IMG/VR virus record: IMGVR_UViG_3300045988_104347 | Coordinates: 1-39,615 of that record | DNA: 39,615 bases | Reading direction: 5' to 3' (one strand) | DNA from: a virus | In this document: positions 27,201 to 35,022 of the stretch, piece after piece | Position numbering within the stretch: the first letter of the stretch is position 1 | Layout: the number at the start of each line of letters is the position of its first letter | Translations under genes and position numbers: made by a program | Notes under the pieces: model-generated | The model's input: only the letters and a program-made list of their open reading frames with translations | What the model was told of the DNA's origin: nothing | Database searches by the model: none

Positions 27201-28011
27201 CGGCATGGCAAGCTGGTCTGATGATATCAAGACGCTTGCAGACAGAGGCGTGAATAAAGGTCTTATTAAGACCTTGCGGGAAGCAGGTCCGCAATCTGCA
27301 AGCAAGATAAAGGCGCTACTGTCTATGTCGCAGCCTGAGTTGAAAAAGTACAGTGATATGTGGGAAGGGTGCATGAGCGACTGCAAGAAGATAGCAACAT
27401 CAGAGTTCGACGAGCTCAGGCAGCAGCATGATAAAACCATAAAGACGCTTTTAAAGCGTGACCAAATAAGCCAGATATCAGACGTATGGAAACAAACAGG
27501 TGCGGCAATGATGGTAGGTATGCAGCAAGGCATACTGTCTGCACAGCAGTCTGTCATTGATACCGCAACAAGTGGAGCGAACGCAGTGCTTGCGGCGGTC
27601 AAGGGGGTATATGATATACACTCCCCTTCAAAGGCATTTGAAAATATATCGAAAATGAATGCGCAGGGTGAGATCCAAGGCTGGAAGTCATCAGAGGACG
27701 ATATCATCAAAGCCTATACCAATACTGGTGACAAGATACTGTCAGAGAATATGCGAAATACATACAGCGATACGAATAGGGTCGCAAGGTCGGTATATAA
27801 TGGATCATATGCCCACAGTATCACGCAGAAAGCATCAACAAGCGCCACAGAAAACACGCAGGTCGTCCCAACAGTCAGACAAATGCCTGAGACTATTCAT
27901 AACGTGATAGTATTCCCGAATGGGAAAGTGATTGCAGAGGAAACAGTTCCATTTATAGATGTAATGCTTGGCGAAAGAGCTGCGAGAAAGAAAAGAGGTA
28001 GTGCAGTATGA
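24298..28011 (+). CDS. Tape measure protein
   Basis: 1237 aa, the longest ORF. Helical/coiled repeats (KDLGDKTKDLGDKTKDLGEK). Hydrophobic central segments. Position. Confidence 0.92.
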   Translation: MAKSSSDEKIKGMYVKIGGDTSEYTAAMKGLNADINSTTRNLNNVNKLLKLDPSNVEYTAQKQKLLSEAIEATKTKLDVLIRNEKDINEQYKKGELPVESYLKYQEELEKTRKKLNTLRDQTKTADDSTKKMGNEAKETSDKVKELGTKAKETSDKAKDLGDKTKDLGDKTKDLGEKVDKTGSVFKDVFSANLAVEGLKAIANAAKEAAESCAQVGIDFSSSMSNVAATMGMTAEQVSSGAEDYQKLENAARECGETTKYTASESADALNYLALAGYDVNKAVETLPKVLNLATASGMDLASCTDMVTDTMSALQLQTSDLDGYMDMMAKTAQKSNTTVAMLGEGILQCAGTVKSTGQDVDTMCTSLGILANNGIKGAEGGTHLRNMLLSLTSPTDVASAKLKELGVSVADSEGNIRDINDIFGDLNAKLSKLSDDQKTKALSDIFNKTDLSSVNAMLQGMSGSFDDLKAQVDNADGACQTMADTMNNNLKGKLAIMDSSLESLGITIFDKFSAPLEDAAEKGSELFSELTKDIKDGDLSDEFDDMGNALGDLVETGAKFAKGSLPILIDGVKFFCEHSNLVIGGLTGIATAMLTQKAVTTVSAAVTGFKELSSAVKSAKTATEMFNAVNAATPWGAIATLAGIAVGGIVAYATSADDAADSTKVLSDEEQALVDSTNELTDSMKKAADQREEAKTDIEAEYSSYKSLADRIFELSDAESLSNDEKSEMKTLVDQLNSAIPDLNLQIDNQTGKLLNNKDAVYECIEAKKEQLLVEAAQKDMVAISEDLYKAEQKRNDIEKAITENKQAQAKVQEILDKRENKFEEFDRTDSTKQWKTKLEELKKAGDELQNSYYDINSELKRLDSNYADASKYVSEHSSALEDNSKAVEDNAKKVDTIYNRTVMYKDGLHKVSQETVDAIVEMNKSYDEAVQKRTEELQNNLNLFDEFNGGAEISAEQLMQNLESNLDGMASWSDDIKTLADRGVNKGLIKTLREAGPQSASKIKALLSMSQPELKKYSDMWEGCMSDCKKIATSEFDELRQQHDKTIKTLLKRDQISQISDVWKQTGAAMMVGMQQGILSAQQSVIDTATSGANAVLAAVKGVYDIHSPSKAFENISKMNAQGEIQGWKSSEDDIIKAYTNTGDKILSENMRNTYSDTNRVARSVYNGSYAHSITQKASTSATENTQVVPTVRQMPETIHNVIVFPNGKVIAEETVPFIDVMLGERAARKKRGSAV

Positions 28012-28778
28012 CACGACAAATCAGATTTAATGGCAAAAAGTCGTATGAGGATTTTAAAATCAGAATAATCAGTGCAACAGTTGCAGAGCCGAAGAAGCGT
28101 GAGATCAAAGTGACTGTACCTTATCGCAACGGCAGTATTGACCTGTCTGACTATGACGGCAATTTTTATTTTGACGACACCGAAGTATCATACAAGATGT
28201 TCGTATCTGATACAGAACCTGTCACACTGCTCCGCAGGATTGAGAAGATCAAGAGCTGGTTATGTGAAGCTCCACAGCAGAATATTTATGACAACTATTC
28301 CGAGAACTATCATTTTGTCGGCAAGTGTAGAACTGTTGAGACCAGCCTTGGTGAAGATGACATAACAGCTACTCTCGAGGTCACTTTCGATGTAGCACCA
28401 TATAAGGTCTCTGACGACTTTGCAGACACAGCGTGGGACACTTTTTCATTCGAGGATGATTGCCTCAATCAGATGCCTCTCTCCTGCATAGCACACAAAG
28501 ACGGCTATCATTCCCAACCGGGGGTACTATACTTCTATTCTTATGCCAAAGATGACATAGTTCCGAGCTTAAGGTATCACAAAAATGCTAACGATAAGGA
28601 CAAACGAGGATTGACAATGCTTGATCTCAACGGTCATACCCTCACAGAAAACCTATACAAAGAAACTGAATCAACGTTTAGAATGCAAAATTTCGTCGTC
28701 AAACCCGGCACAAATGTCTTAGCTCTATACGGATCTGGTTCACTTGAAATCGAACTAACGGAGGAAATACTATGTTAG
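28008..28778 (+). CDS. Distal tail protein (Dit-like)
   Basis: 256 aa. Directly after the tape measure gene with an overlapping start. Confidence 0.75.
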   Translation: MTRQIRFNGKKSYEDFKIRIISATVAEPKKREIKVTVPYRNGSIDLSDYDGNFYFDDTEVSYKMFVSDTEPVTLLRRIEKIKSWLCEAPQQNIYDNYSENYHFVGKCRTVETSLGEDDITATLEVTFDVAPYKVSDDFADTAWDTFSFEDDCLNQMPLSCIAHKDGYHSQPGVLYFYSYAKDDIVPSLRYHKNANDKDKRGLTMLDLNGHTLTENLYKETESTFRMQNFVVKPGTNVLALYGSGSLEIELTEEILC

Positions 28779-29836
28779 TTACACTCGATGATGCAAAGAC
28801 GATTCACGATACTGGTTCTGTCAGAACCAACAAGCTGACAGGAACCATCGTCAAAGAAATAAACGCTATTGACATTTTTACGTTCAACATATATCCCGAC
28901 AACAGCTACTACTCCGATTTAAAGGAACTGACATCGTTGATAAAGGTTTACGATAAGGAAAGCCTTATATTCGATGGCAGAGTACTGACGATATCACCAT
29001 ACATGACTGATAGTGGCGAGATTGGCAAACAAGTTGTCTGCGAGGGCGGTTTGTGTTTTCTGAAAGATAGTGTACCAATTATCAAACAGCTAAAGTGCAC
29101 AATAAGAACGTATATAGCCACACTACTTTCAGCACACAATAATTCTGTTGAAAGCTACAAGCAGATACATATTGGCAATATTAACTGTTCGCAAGCACAG
29201 CACATCTTTAATCCAGGATATGAAGACACGTTCTCAGAACTGACGAAAAACCTGATTTCCGGCGAAGATATCAGAGGTGAAATGAGGGTGCGCATCGATA
29301 AAGGCATTAGATTTTTCGATTTCACAGCAAACGAATTTTCAGAAGTCAGCAATAAAACAATACAACTAGGAAGGAATATGCGATCTATCACGCAGGCGAT
29401 TGACCCAAGTGAGATCATCACAAGGCTGTATCCGCTAGGTGCTGTCATCAACGATGATACGGGCGAACGTGTGACGCTTTCGGGAGTAACGAAGTATATC
29501 GACAACGACCAGCTGATAGAGCGGTACGGAGTACACGCTGGAACTATGATATTCGACAATATCACCACTCCAGGCGTATTGTCTCAAGCAGGCAGAGTAT
29601 GTGCCGGAGCACTAAAAGCAGCAAAAGTTCAGTATGAGGTATCGGCTATTGACATTGATGAGAAGCTGGACGGATTTGCAGTTGGCTGCAAGTATCGCAT
29701 AGTCAATAGCTACCTTGGCATCGACGAGGTATTGAGGTGCATCGGCACCAGTATCGACATCAATGACAGATCGCAGAATGTGCTGACATTTGGCGACAAG
29801 ATCGACACAATTAGTGGAATGTCAGCAAGAAAATAG
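28772..29836 (+). CDS. Tail-associated protein (Tal / prophage-tail endopeptidase-like N-domain)
   Basis: 354 aa. Follows Dit. The N-terminal pattern is typical of siphovirus Tal. Confidence 0.7.
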   Translation: MLVTLDDAKTIHDTGSVRTNKLTGTIVKEINAIDIFTFNIYPDNSYYSDLKELTSLIKVYDKESLIFDGRVLTISPYMTDSGEIGKQVVCEGGLCFLKDSVPIIKQLKCTIRTYIATLLSAHNNSVESYKQIHIGNINCSQAQHIFNPGYEDTFSELTKNLISGEDIRGEMRVRIDKGIRFFDFTANEFSEVSNKTIQLGRNMRSITQAIDPSEIITRLYPLGAVINDDTGERVTLSGVTKYIDNDQLIERYGVHAGTMIFDNITTPGVLSQAGRVCAGALKAAKVQYEVSAIDIDEKLDGFAVGCKYRIVNSYLGIDEVLRCIGTSIDINDRSQNVLTFGDKIDTISGMSARK

Positions 29837-29847
29837 GAGAAATGATT

Positions 29848-30237
29848 ATGGCAAAAGCAATTGATATAAGTTTAGAGGTCACACAGGTGGCAACAGCATA
29901 TACAGGTCGAGACGTCCGACAGGCTATTGTCGACGCATTGAACGCCGCACAGAACGCAATCAATGAAATGAATATGCCAGCAGGATCTCAGACCCTTATC
30001 GTACCGTCAGAGACGGCACTGGCCACAACGACTTTGAACCTGCCGTTCACACCGACTCAGAACACGCAGGTCATCTGTAGTCTGCGGGAGGTGTCGGCAC
30101 CAAAAGCGAGAAGGCTGTGTGTAGAAACATTTTTCACAAGCAACAATTTGATAGTAGCGCTGACGAACGCAGAAAGTGCAAGTGCTACCGTTCCACAGGG
30201 TGAATACATTATTGACTGGATCGTAACAAAGCCATAG
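29848..30237 (+). CDS. Hypothetical tail/baseplate accessory protein
   Basis: 129 aa. ATG 29848 lies 7 nt after AGGAGA. Confidence 0.55.
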   Translation: MAKAIDISLEVTQVATAYTGRDVRQAIVDALNAAQNAINEMNMPAGSQTLIVPSETALATTTLNLPFTPTQNTQVICSLREVSAPKARRLCVETFFTSNNLIVALTNAESASATVPQGEYIIDWIVTKP

Positions 30238-30252
30238 AAAGGAGGAATATCA

Positions 30253-32340
30253 ATGCACATAAAAATCAACGAAGACTACAATGTAGTCGTGAACACAGCC
30301 CTGCTGGGCTACGTCGGCGAAACAAATGCTAGACCCGTGTCTGTCGAGGGCATGGAGATAGACGGTGCAGACCGCTATGTACTGACTATCGACTACGGCA
30401 ACGGCACTGTCTACGAGGTCGATATCACAGACGGCACATGGACGCCTACTGCTGATATCTTGCAGTCAGCGCAGACAGTCAGCTGTCAGATATGTGCTAA
30501 AAAACTGTCAGGGCAGGAATATATCCTGGTTAAAAAATCACGCATTTTCCGTCTGAGAATAGGTGCGGCAATCGGTGATACAGCTATCCCGTCACCTGAT
30601 GTGGCTATGGACGCACTGGACCGCATAGATGCCATAGGCAGACAGGCGCACGCAGATATGCAGACAGCCGTCACCGCCGCAGAAACAGCGACAACAATGG
30701 CAAATAACGCCGCTAAATCTGCCACCGCCACAGAGAAATCAGCCGACACGGCAACGCAGGCGGCGAAACGTGCTGAAACCGCACAGGCATCTGCTGAAAC
30801 GTCCGCTACACAGGCAGAAACTGCAAGGCAGGGTGCAGAAACCGCACGTCAGCAGGCGGTCACAGCGCAGAACGCCGCCAAGATATCCGCAGCGCAGGCA
30901 TCAACGGCAGCACAGCAAACCGAAGCCGACAAGACCATAACATCAGGCTATGCAAAGACCGCAAAGACCTGCGCTGACAACACTGCGGCAGACAGACAGG
31001 CGGTGCAGGATATGGCAACACAGGTGACGGCGGACAAGACCACAGTGGCAGACCATGCCGCTAAGGTCGCAGAGGACAGAACAGCCGCTGAAACTGCTGC
31101 ACAGACGGCGCAGGCGGTGGCTGACAGTCTGCCTGATGATTATGTAACGGCTGTCGGAAAAATCGCTGAAAATACGGCTGAAATAGCTAACGTGAAGCTA
31201 ACCGACAAGGAACTGCAAAGGCGTGTGGACGCACTGTATTCCATAGGTCAGGGTATCACGCATAGGTTTGAAACCGACAGCGAAACGGCATATCAGAAGG
31301 TTGTGCCGACAGGGGCAAAACTGATGAGCGTGAAGTCAATAGGCGGTCATTCTGAGGTCATTGACGGGGAAATTGTTAGTGCTGGGGTGACAGAGGTTGT
31401 TGAGCAGGGACGAAATTTGTTTGATGTTGAAAAATGTGCAGCATTAGGTCTGTATTACGGTTTTGAAATTGACACAAATAAAACACTACAAATAGCCCTG
31501 AAAGACGGAAAAACGTGTCCGACAAATGTGTCGTTTGGAATTGCGTATATTCGTGGCAACACGATGGCAAACTGGCTGATAACATCGCAGGGTTTAGTAG
31601 AGACTAAAACAGATTCTAGTAAAATGACCGATTCAACACAAATTATGGTGGTTTGTTATCCAGGCAACAAAGAAACCATGCAATCAATAGCTGACGCATT
31701 TGATATAATGCTTGTGGACGGTATATACAAACCAGATACCATGCCAGCCTATGCCCCCTTCCACCGCAACGAGTACCCAATCCCCGACGCTATCAAGGCA
31801 CTGCCTGGCTACGGCTGGTCGGCAGGAACGGCGCGAAACTATATTGATTATGAGAATAAACGATATGTTCAGTGCGTTGGTAAATACACGTTTACAGGCA
31901 ATGAGGATTGGGTTGCAAGCGGAGATAATCAGTATTATGCAGTGCTGAAAACGCCAGCCACTAAGGTTTTCGACATGAACACTAAATCGAATTGTCTAAT
32001 GGCTACTATACCGACAGAAACTGTAAATAGTGTATATGGCGGTACAAAAACAGGTTTAGGCATTAATTTTCTGAACAACGTTTCCTACGCATATATCAGT
32101 GCAGATGATTATAACAATCGTGTCAGCAAGATAAATGGACAAGATATGTATTACGAACTAGCGAACCCTATCGTAACCGATATTTCAAACCTGACTGATG
32201 ATGAGTTTCTGCGAAATATCGAGGTTGAAGCAGGCGGTTCAATCACGTTCAAAAACAGCAATGGCGACAGTTATCGCATACCTGTGCCAAGCGAAGAAGA
32301 ATACATCGTGAAACTATCAGAAGTAGGAGGTAGCGTATGA
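30253..32340 (+). CDS. Tail fibre / receptor-binding protein
   Basis: 695 aa. RBS AGGAGG. Central Ala/Thr/Gln-rich coiled segment (AETAQASAETSATQAETARQGAETARQQA...). Distinct C-terminal globular domain. Confidence 0.75.
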   Translation: MHIKINEDYNVVVNTALLGYVGETNARPVSVEGMEIDGADRYVLTIDYGNGTVYEVDITDGTWTPTADILQSAQTVSCQICAKKLSGQEYILVKKSRIFRLRIGAAIGDTAIPSPDVAMDALDRIDAIGRQAHADMQTAVTAAETATTMANNAAKSATATEKSADTATQAAKRAETAQASAETSATQAETARQGAETARQQAVTAQNAAKISAAQASTAAQQTEADKTITSGYAKTAKTCADNTAADRQAVQDMATQVTADKTTVADHAAKVAEDRTAAETAAQTAQAVADSLPDDYVTAVGKIAENTAEIANVKLTDKELQRRVDALYSIGQGITHRFETDSETAYQKVVPTGAKLMSVKSIGGHSEVIDGEIVSAGVTEVVEQGRNLFDVEKCAALGLYYGFEIDTNKTLQIALKDGKTCPTNVSFGIAYIRGNTMANWLITSQGLVETKTDSSKMTDSTQIMVVCYPGNKETMQSIADAFDIMLVDGIYKPDTMPAYAPFHRNEYPIPDAIKALPGYGWSAGTARNYIDYENKRYVQCVGKYTFTGNEDWVASGDNQYYAVLKTPATKVFDMNTKSNCLMATIPTETVNSVYGGTKTGLGINFLNNVSYAYISADDYNNRVSKINGQDMYYELANPIVTDISNLTDDEFLRNIEVEAGGSITFKNSNGDSYRIPVPSEEEYIVKLSEVGGSV

Positions 32341-32495
32341 CGGATTTACAGAGAAAAATGGCTGACAAGCTTGGTCTATCCACAGAAGACTTTCAGCCGA
32401 AGAAAGCCACAAAGGTGGACGAGCTAGAAGCACAGGTGCTATATACCGCGCTAATGACCGACACTTTGATTGAGGAGGGTGACGACAATGTATAG
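32337..32495 (+). CDS. Small hypothetical protein, 52 aa (not in ORF track)
   Basis: ATGA overlap with the fibre stop. Fills the gap. Confidence 0.45.
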   Translation: MTDLQRKMADKLGLSTEDFQPKKATKVDELEAQVLYTALMTDTLIEEGDDNV

Positions 32496-32628
32496 GAAAG
32501 TCAAACGTTTGTACGATTTAGGGTTGTACACAGCCGAGCAGGTCAAGGATTTTGCCGACAGGGGGAAAATCACAGCTGAGGAATATACAACAATCACAGG
32601 ACAAACATATGAAAAGGAGAAGCAGTAA
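32488..32628 (+). CDS. XkdX-like small protein, 46 aa (not in ORF track)
   Basis: MYRKVKRLYDLGLYTAEQVKDFADRGKITAEEYTTITG matches the XkdX-family pattern. Its stop overlaps the holin ATG. Confidence 0.6.
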   Translation: MYRKVKRLYDLGLYTAEQVKDFADRGKITAEEYTTITGQTYEKEKQ

Positions 32629-33077
32629 TGAAAGAAAACACAGCAAAAATCATCATATCAGCGATAGCCGCAGGGCTGTCAGCGTATTTCCGTGTTATGG
32701 CGATACCTATAGTCATTCTGGTACTTGTGATGATCATTGACTACATTACAGGAATGTGGAAAGCATGGAATAGGGGCGAACTTTCAAGCCGTGTCGGTCT
32801 TAAAGGGCTTTTCAAAAAGGTCGGCTACATATTTGTGGTGGCGGTGTCAGGCGTGCTTGATTGGCTCTTTATCTCAGGACTTTCACAGATAGGCATTGAG
32901 GTAAACGTCAGCTTTTACTTCGGTCTTATCGTAACGATATGGTTTATCATCAATGAATGTATTTCTATTTTGGAAAATCTTGCGGTGATAGGTATACCAC
33001 TGCCGTCATTCTTGGTGAAGATAGTACACAAGCTTAAAATCACAGTTGAAAACAAAACAAACGAAAGCGAGGAATAG
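32628..33077 (+). CDS. Holin (phage_holin_4_1-like)
   Basis: 149 aa. Multiple TM helices. IDYITGMWKAW motif. Immediately upstream of the endolysin gene. Confidence 0.85.
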   Translation: MKENTAKIIISAIAAGLSAYFRVMAIPIVILVLVMIIDYITGMWKAWNRGELSSRVGLKGLFKKVGYIFVVAVSGVLDWLFISGLSQIGIEVNVSFYFGLIVTIWFIINECISILENLAVIGIPLPSFLVKIVHKLKITVENKTNESEE

Positions 33078-33080
33078 AAA

Positions 33081-33761
33081 ATGACATATGATGAATTTAT
33101 CAAGAAGCACAATGGTGTAGCGATTAACTATGACGGCGCAGCAGGCAAACAGTGTGTAGACCTTGCAACGGCATATTTCAACGAGGTCTTCGGATCAGGT
33201 ATCAAGAATTTCTGGTATGACGCACACCATTTTTGGGATTTATTCGATAAGAACACTTGGCTGAAAGCAAATTTCACAAAGGTAAAGAACACGCCAAGTT
33301 TCGTGCCGAAAAAGGGTGATGTAGCGATATGGTCAGGCACGTTGAATGGCGGCTGGGGTCACATAGCAATCTGCACGGGTGAGGGCAACACGAGTTATTT
33401 TTATTCGTATGACCAGAACTGGAGCGGAAAAGCCTGCACTAAGGTCAAGCATACTTATGACCACATTGCAGGCTTCCTGAGACCAAAGAAACAGAGCAAG
33501 ATAAGTGCGAAAGTGCTTGACAAGACAGGCTACAAGCAGGGCAACAAAACAAGCGGTGTGCTTGCCCTCAAGGAGCTGTTGCTTCTTGCAAAGGCGGTCA
33601 AGCTTCACAGCGTAGGTATGGATAAGAACGGTACATACGGAAAAGGTACTGCAAAGGCAGTTAATACTCTGCTGAAAAAGTGGGGATATTACGAAAACGG
33701 CATTGCAGGCGTGAACTTCATCAAACGGCTTGGCGATGAGATTACAAAGAAGATAAAGTAG
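33081..33761 (+). CDS. Endolysin: N-terminal CHAP domain plus C-terminal peptidoglycan-binding-like domain
   Basis: CHAP Cys/His (GKQCVDLA ... WGHIAICTG). C-terminal GVLALKELL...GTYGKGTAKAVNTLL resembles PG_binding_1. Confidence 0.85.
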   Translation: MTYDEFIKKHNGVAINYDGAAGKQCVDLATAYFNEVFGSGIKNFWYDAHHFWDLFDKNTWLKANFTKVKNTPSFVPKKGDVAIWSGTLNGGWGHIAICTGEGNTSYFYSYDQNWSGKACTKVKHTYDHIAGFLRPKKQSKISAKVLDKTGYKQGNKTSGVLALKELLLLAKAVKLHSVGMDKNGTYGKGTAKAVNTLLKKWGYYENGIAGVNFIKRLGDEITKKIK

Positions 33762-33770
33762 ACAGTAAGA

Positions 33771-33804
33771 CAGCCGACAGGGATTATTCCTTGTCGGCTG
33801 TTTT
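33771..33804 (+). terminator. Rho-independent terminator ending the late operon
   Basis: CAGCCGACAGGG-ATTATT-CCTTGTCGGCTG followed by TTTTAC. Confidence 0.8.
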
Positions 33805-33810
33805 ACTTTA

Positions 33811-34002
33811 TTATTCGATTTTTTTATCTTTTGCCATATCATTCTCAACGAGTTCTACAATCAAACCGGTTAAACTTTTCCCTTTGCTCTCAGCGTAAGC
33901 CTTATATCGCTCTTTGTCGCCAAGCGGCAAGTTAAGCGTAAGTTTATCACGTTTTTCTTTCATATAGCGCATTGTGCGTTCTTTTGATTTTTCATTATAC
34001 AC
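33811..34002 (-). CDS. Ribbon-helix-helix (Arc/Mnt/CopG-like) DNA-binding protein
   Basis: KLTLNLPLGDKERYKAYAESKGKSLTGLIVELVENDM is a strand-helix-helix pattern. The likely start is GTG 34002, 8 nt after GAGGGGG (ATG 33972 is the alternative). The ORF-track N-terminus overlaps the promoter. Confidence 0.65.
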   Translation of the reverse strand: MYNEKSKERTMRYMKEKRDKLTLNLPLGDKERYKAYAESKGKSLTGLIVELVENDMAKDKKIE

Positions 34003-34023
34003 AAATGTCACCCCCTCATTGTC

Positions 34024-34032
34024 ATTATAGCA
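34024..34032 (-). promoter_or_regulatory. Extended -10 promoter (TGCTATAAT) for the RHH gene
   Basis: The minus strand reads TGCTATAAT. The -35 position coincides with operator repeat 1. Confidence 0.55.
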
Positions 34033-34042
34033 CATATTCAAT

Positions 34043-34055
34043 TACACGGCTATAT
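34043..34055 (+). repeat. Operator-like 13-mer TACACGGCTATAT, copy 1
   Basis: Exact 13-mer. Overlaps the -35 position of the RHH promoter. Confidence 0.8.
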
Positions 34056-34069
34056 GCAAAATGAACAAA

Positions 34070-34082
34070 TACACGGCTATAT
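34070..34082 (+). repeat. Operator-like 13-mer TACACGGCTATAT, copy 2
   Basis: Exact 13-mer. Flanked by the inverted heptamers AACAAAT/ATTTGTT (34064-34070, 34083-34089). Confidence 0.8.
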
Positions 34083-34110
34083 ATTTGTTGATATTTTAAT
34101 ATAAAAGTCA

Positions 34111-34139
34111 TTGACATATACACGGCTATATGCTATAAT
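34111..34139 (+). promoter_or_regulatory. Consensus promoter of the right-arm accessory operon
   Basis: TTGACA (34111-34116), 17-nt spacer, TGC-TATAAT (34134-34139). Confidence 0.8.
34119..34131 (+). repeat. Operator-like 13-mer TACACGGCTATAT, copy 3
   Basis: Exact 13-mer. Lies entirely within the 17-nt spacer of the rightward consensus promoter. Confidence 0.8.
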
Positions 34140-34172
34140 AATATCAGAAAAGAACGAAAGGGGGCGGTTAAA

Positions 34173-34286
34173 TTGGACAAGAAAATAAAAAAGCTTGTTA
34201 AGCTGGTCCAACAACTTAACAAGCTAATGATCGAGATAATCGGCTTGATTGGCTACATCTTGATCATAAAAGATTTACTTAAATAA
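34173..34286 (+). CDS. Mini membrane peptide 1, 37 aa (TTG start; not in ORF track)
   Basis: LDKKIKKLVKLVQQLNKLMIEIIGLIGYILIIKDLLK. RBS AAAGGGGG 8 nt upstream. Lys-rich amphipathic N-terminus and hydrophobic C-terminus. Confidence 0.45.
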   Translation: MDKKIKKLVKLVQQLNKLMIEIIGLIGYILIIKDLLK

Positions 34287-34362
34287 GTAAATTCGGCAGA
34301 AAGGAGAGTTGACCGCTCTCCTAACTGCTTGAATTATACCACAAAAACGAAAGGGTGTCAAT

Positions 34363-34449
34363 ATGAAAAATGATATTTTCAAACTTTGTAAAGAGCTGCT
34401 CAAGCTTGGCGGATTGATACTTGCAGTAGCGTACCTGGTGTTAAGATAA
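34363..34449 (+). CDS. Mini membrane peptide 2, 28 aa (not in ORF track)
   Basis: MKNDIFKLCKELLKLGGLILAVAYLVLR. Same ACGAAAGGG leader as peptide 1 and the same architecture. Confidence 0.45.
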   Translation: MKNDIFKLCKELLKLGGLILAVAYLVLR

Positions 34450-34467
34450 TTCAAGGAGGTAAATAAC

Positions 34468-35022
34468 ATGATAGTTACAGTTGAAAACGAGAAAATCAAG
34501 GTCAACAGTCCGTACAACAAGAGCTTTGTCGCAGGGGCAAAGCAGATACAGGGTAAGTGGAACGCCCCTTGCTGGGTCTTCCCAGAGGAGAACAAGGAAG
34601 CCGTCAAGGCGTTGCTTATTGAATGCTACGGAGAGTGTGGAGAGCTTGGTGCGGTCAGCACTGTCACAGTAGATCTTGACCTCGACACTTATACAGAGGG
34701 TTACGAGGACGGAGAAATCAGAGTTGGCTCAATCGTTGTTTTGAAAAGACTCTATCGTGATAGAGAGGTTATTTTCTCCGACAATGCAATGCTTATAAGC
34801 GGTGGCTTTGCCACTTCGGGCGGCTCTGCCAAAAATCCCAGAATATCAGCTGACGAGGGTACAATCGTTCGTGTTAAGGGTGTGCCTGAAACAATTTACA
34901 GCAAGATAAAGGACCATAAGGGCGTTAAGCTTGTATCTGATATAGACGTGGAAAGCTTAAAAACAGAGCGTGAAAAGCTTCTCAAAAGAATTGCCGAAAT
35001 AGACGGCTTGCTTGCGCTATGA
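34468..35022 (+). CDS. Unknown 184-aa protein, translationally coupled to the short serine recombinase
   Basis: RBS AAGGAGG. The N-terminal SPYNKSFVAGAKQIQGKWNAPCWVFP weakly resembles the DUF5710-type motif. C-terminal coiled segment ESLKTEREKLLKRIAEIDGLL. Its stop overlaps the next ATG (ATGA). Confidence 0.7.
   Translation: MIVTVENEKIKVNSPYNKSFVAGAKQIQGKWNAPCWVFPEENKEAVKALLIECYGECGELGAVSTVTVDLDLDTYTEGYEDGEIRVGSIVVLKRLYRDREVIFSDNAMLISGGFATSGGSAKNPRISADEGTIVRVKGVPETIYSKIKDHKGVKLVSDIDVESLKTEREKLLKRIAEIDGLLAL

Noticed and set aside
24657-27710. Several long minus-strand ORFs (111-211 aa) inside the tape measure gene
   Set aside because: They lie wholly within a 1237-aa gene that fits the synteny. 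They are Ser/Leu/Ala-rich, typical antisense frames of a Lys/Glu/Ala-rich gene, and have no RBS.
30640-31140. Repetitive Ala/Thr/Gln-rich segment of the tail fibre as a possible DGR variable region
   Set aside because: There is no reverse transcriptase gene, and I noticed no second (template) copy of the segment in the window. The pattern is a coiled-coil/low-complexity shaft, common in fibres.
33333-33848. 171-aa minus-strand ORF antisense to the endolysin
   Set aside because: The plus-strand frame carries clear CHAP and cell-wall-binding motifs. This ORF also runs through the late terminator.
33811-34449. Reading the RHH gene plus mini-peptides as a classical type II toxin-antitoxin pair
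   Set aside because: The RHH gene is divergently transcribed rather than co-operonic, and the peptides are far smaller than type II toxins. A type I-like or effector role remains possible and is listed as a finding instead.
34275-34607. 110-aa minus-strand ORF over the mini-peptide 2 and 184-aa gene starts
   Set aside because: No RBS. It overlaps well-supported plus-strand signals (promoter, RBS, coupled genes). Its composition looks like an antisense frame.
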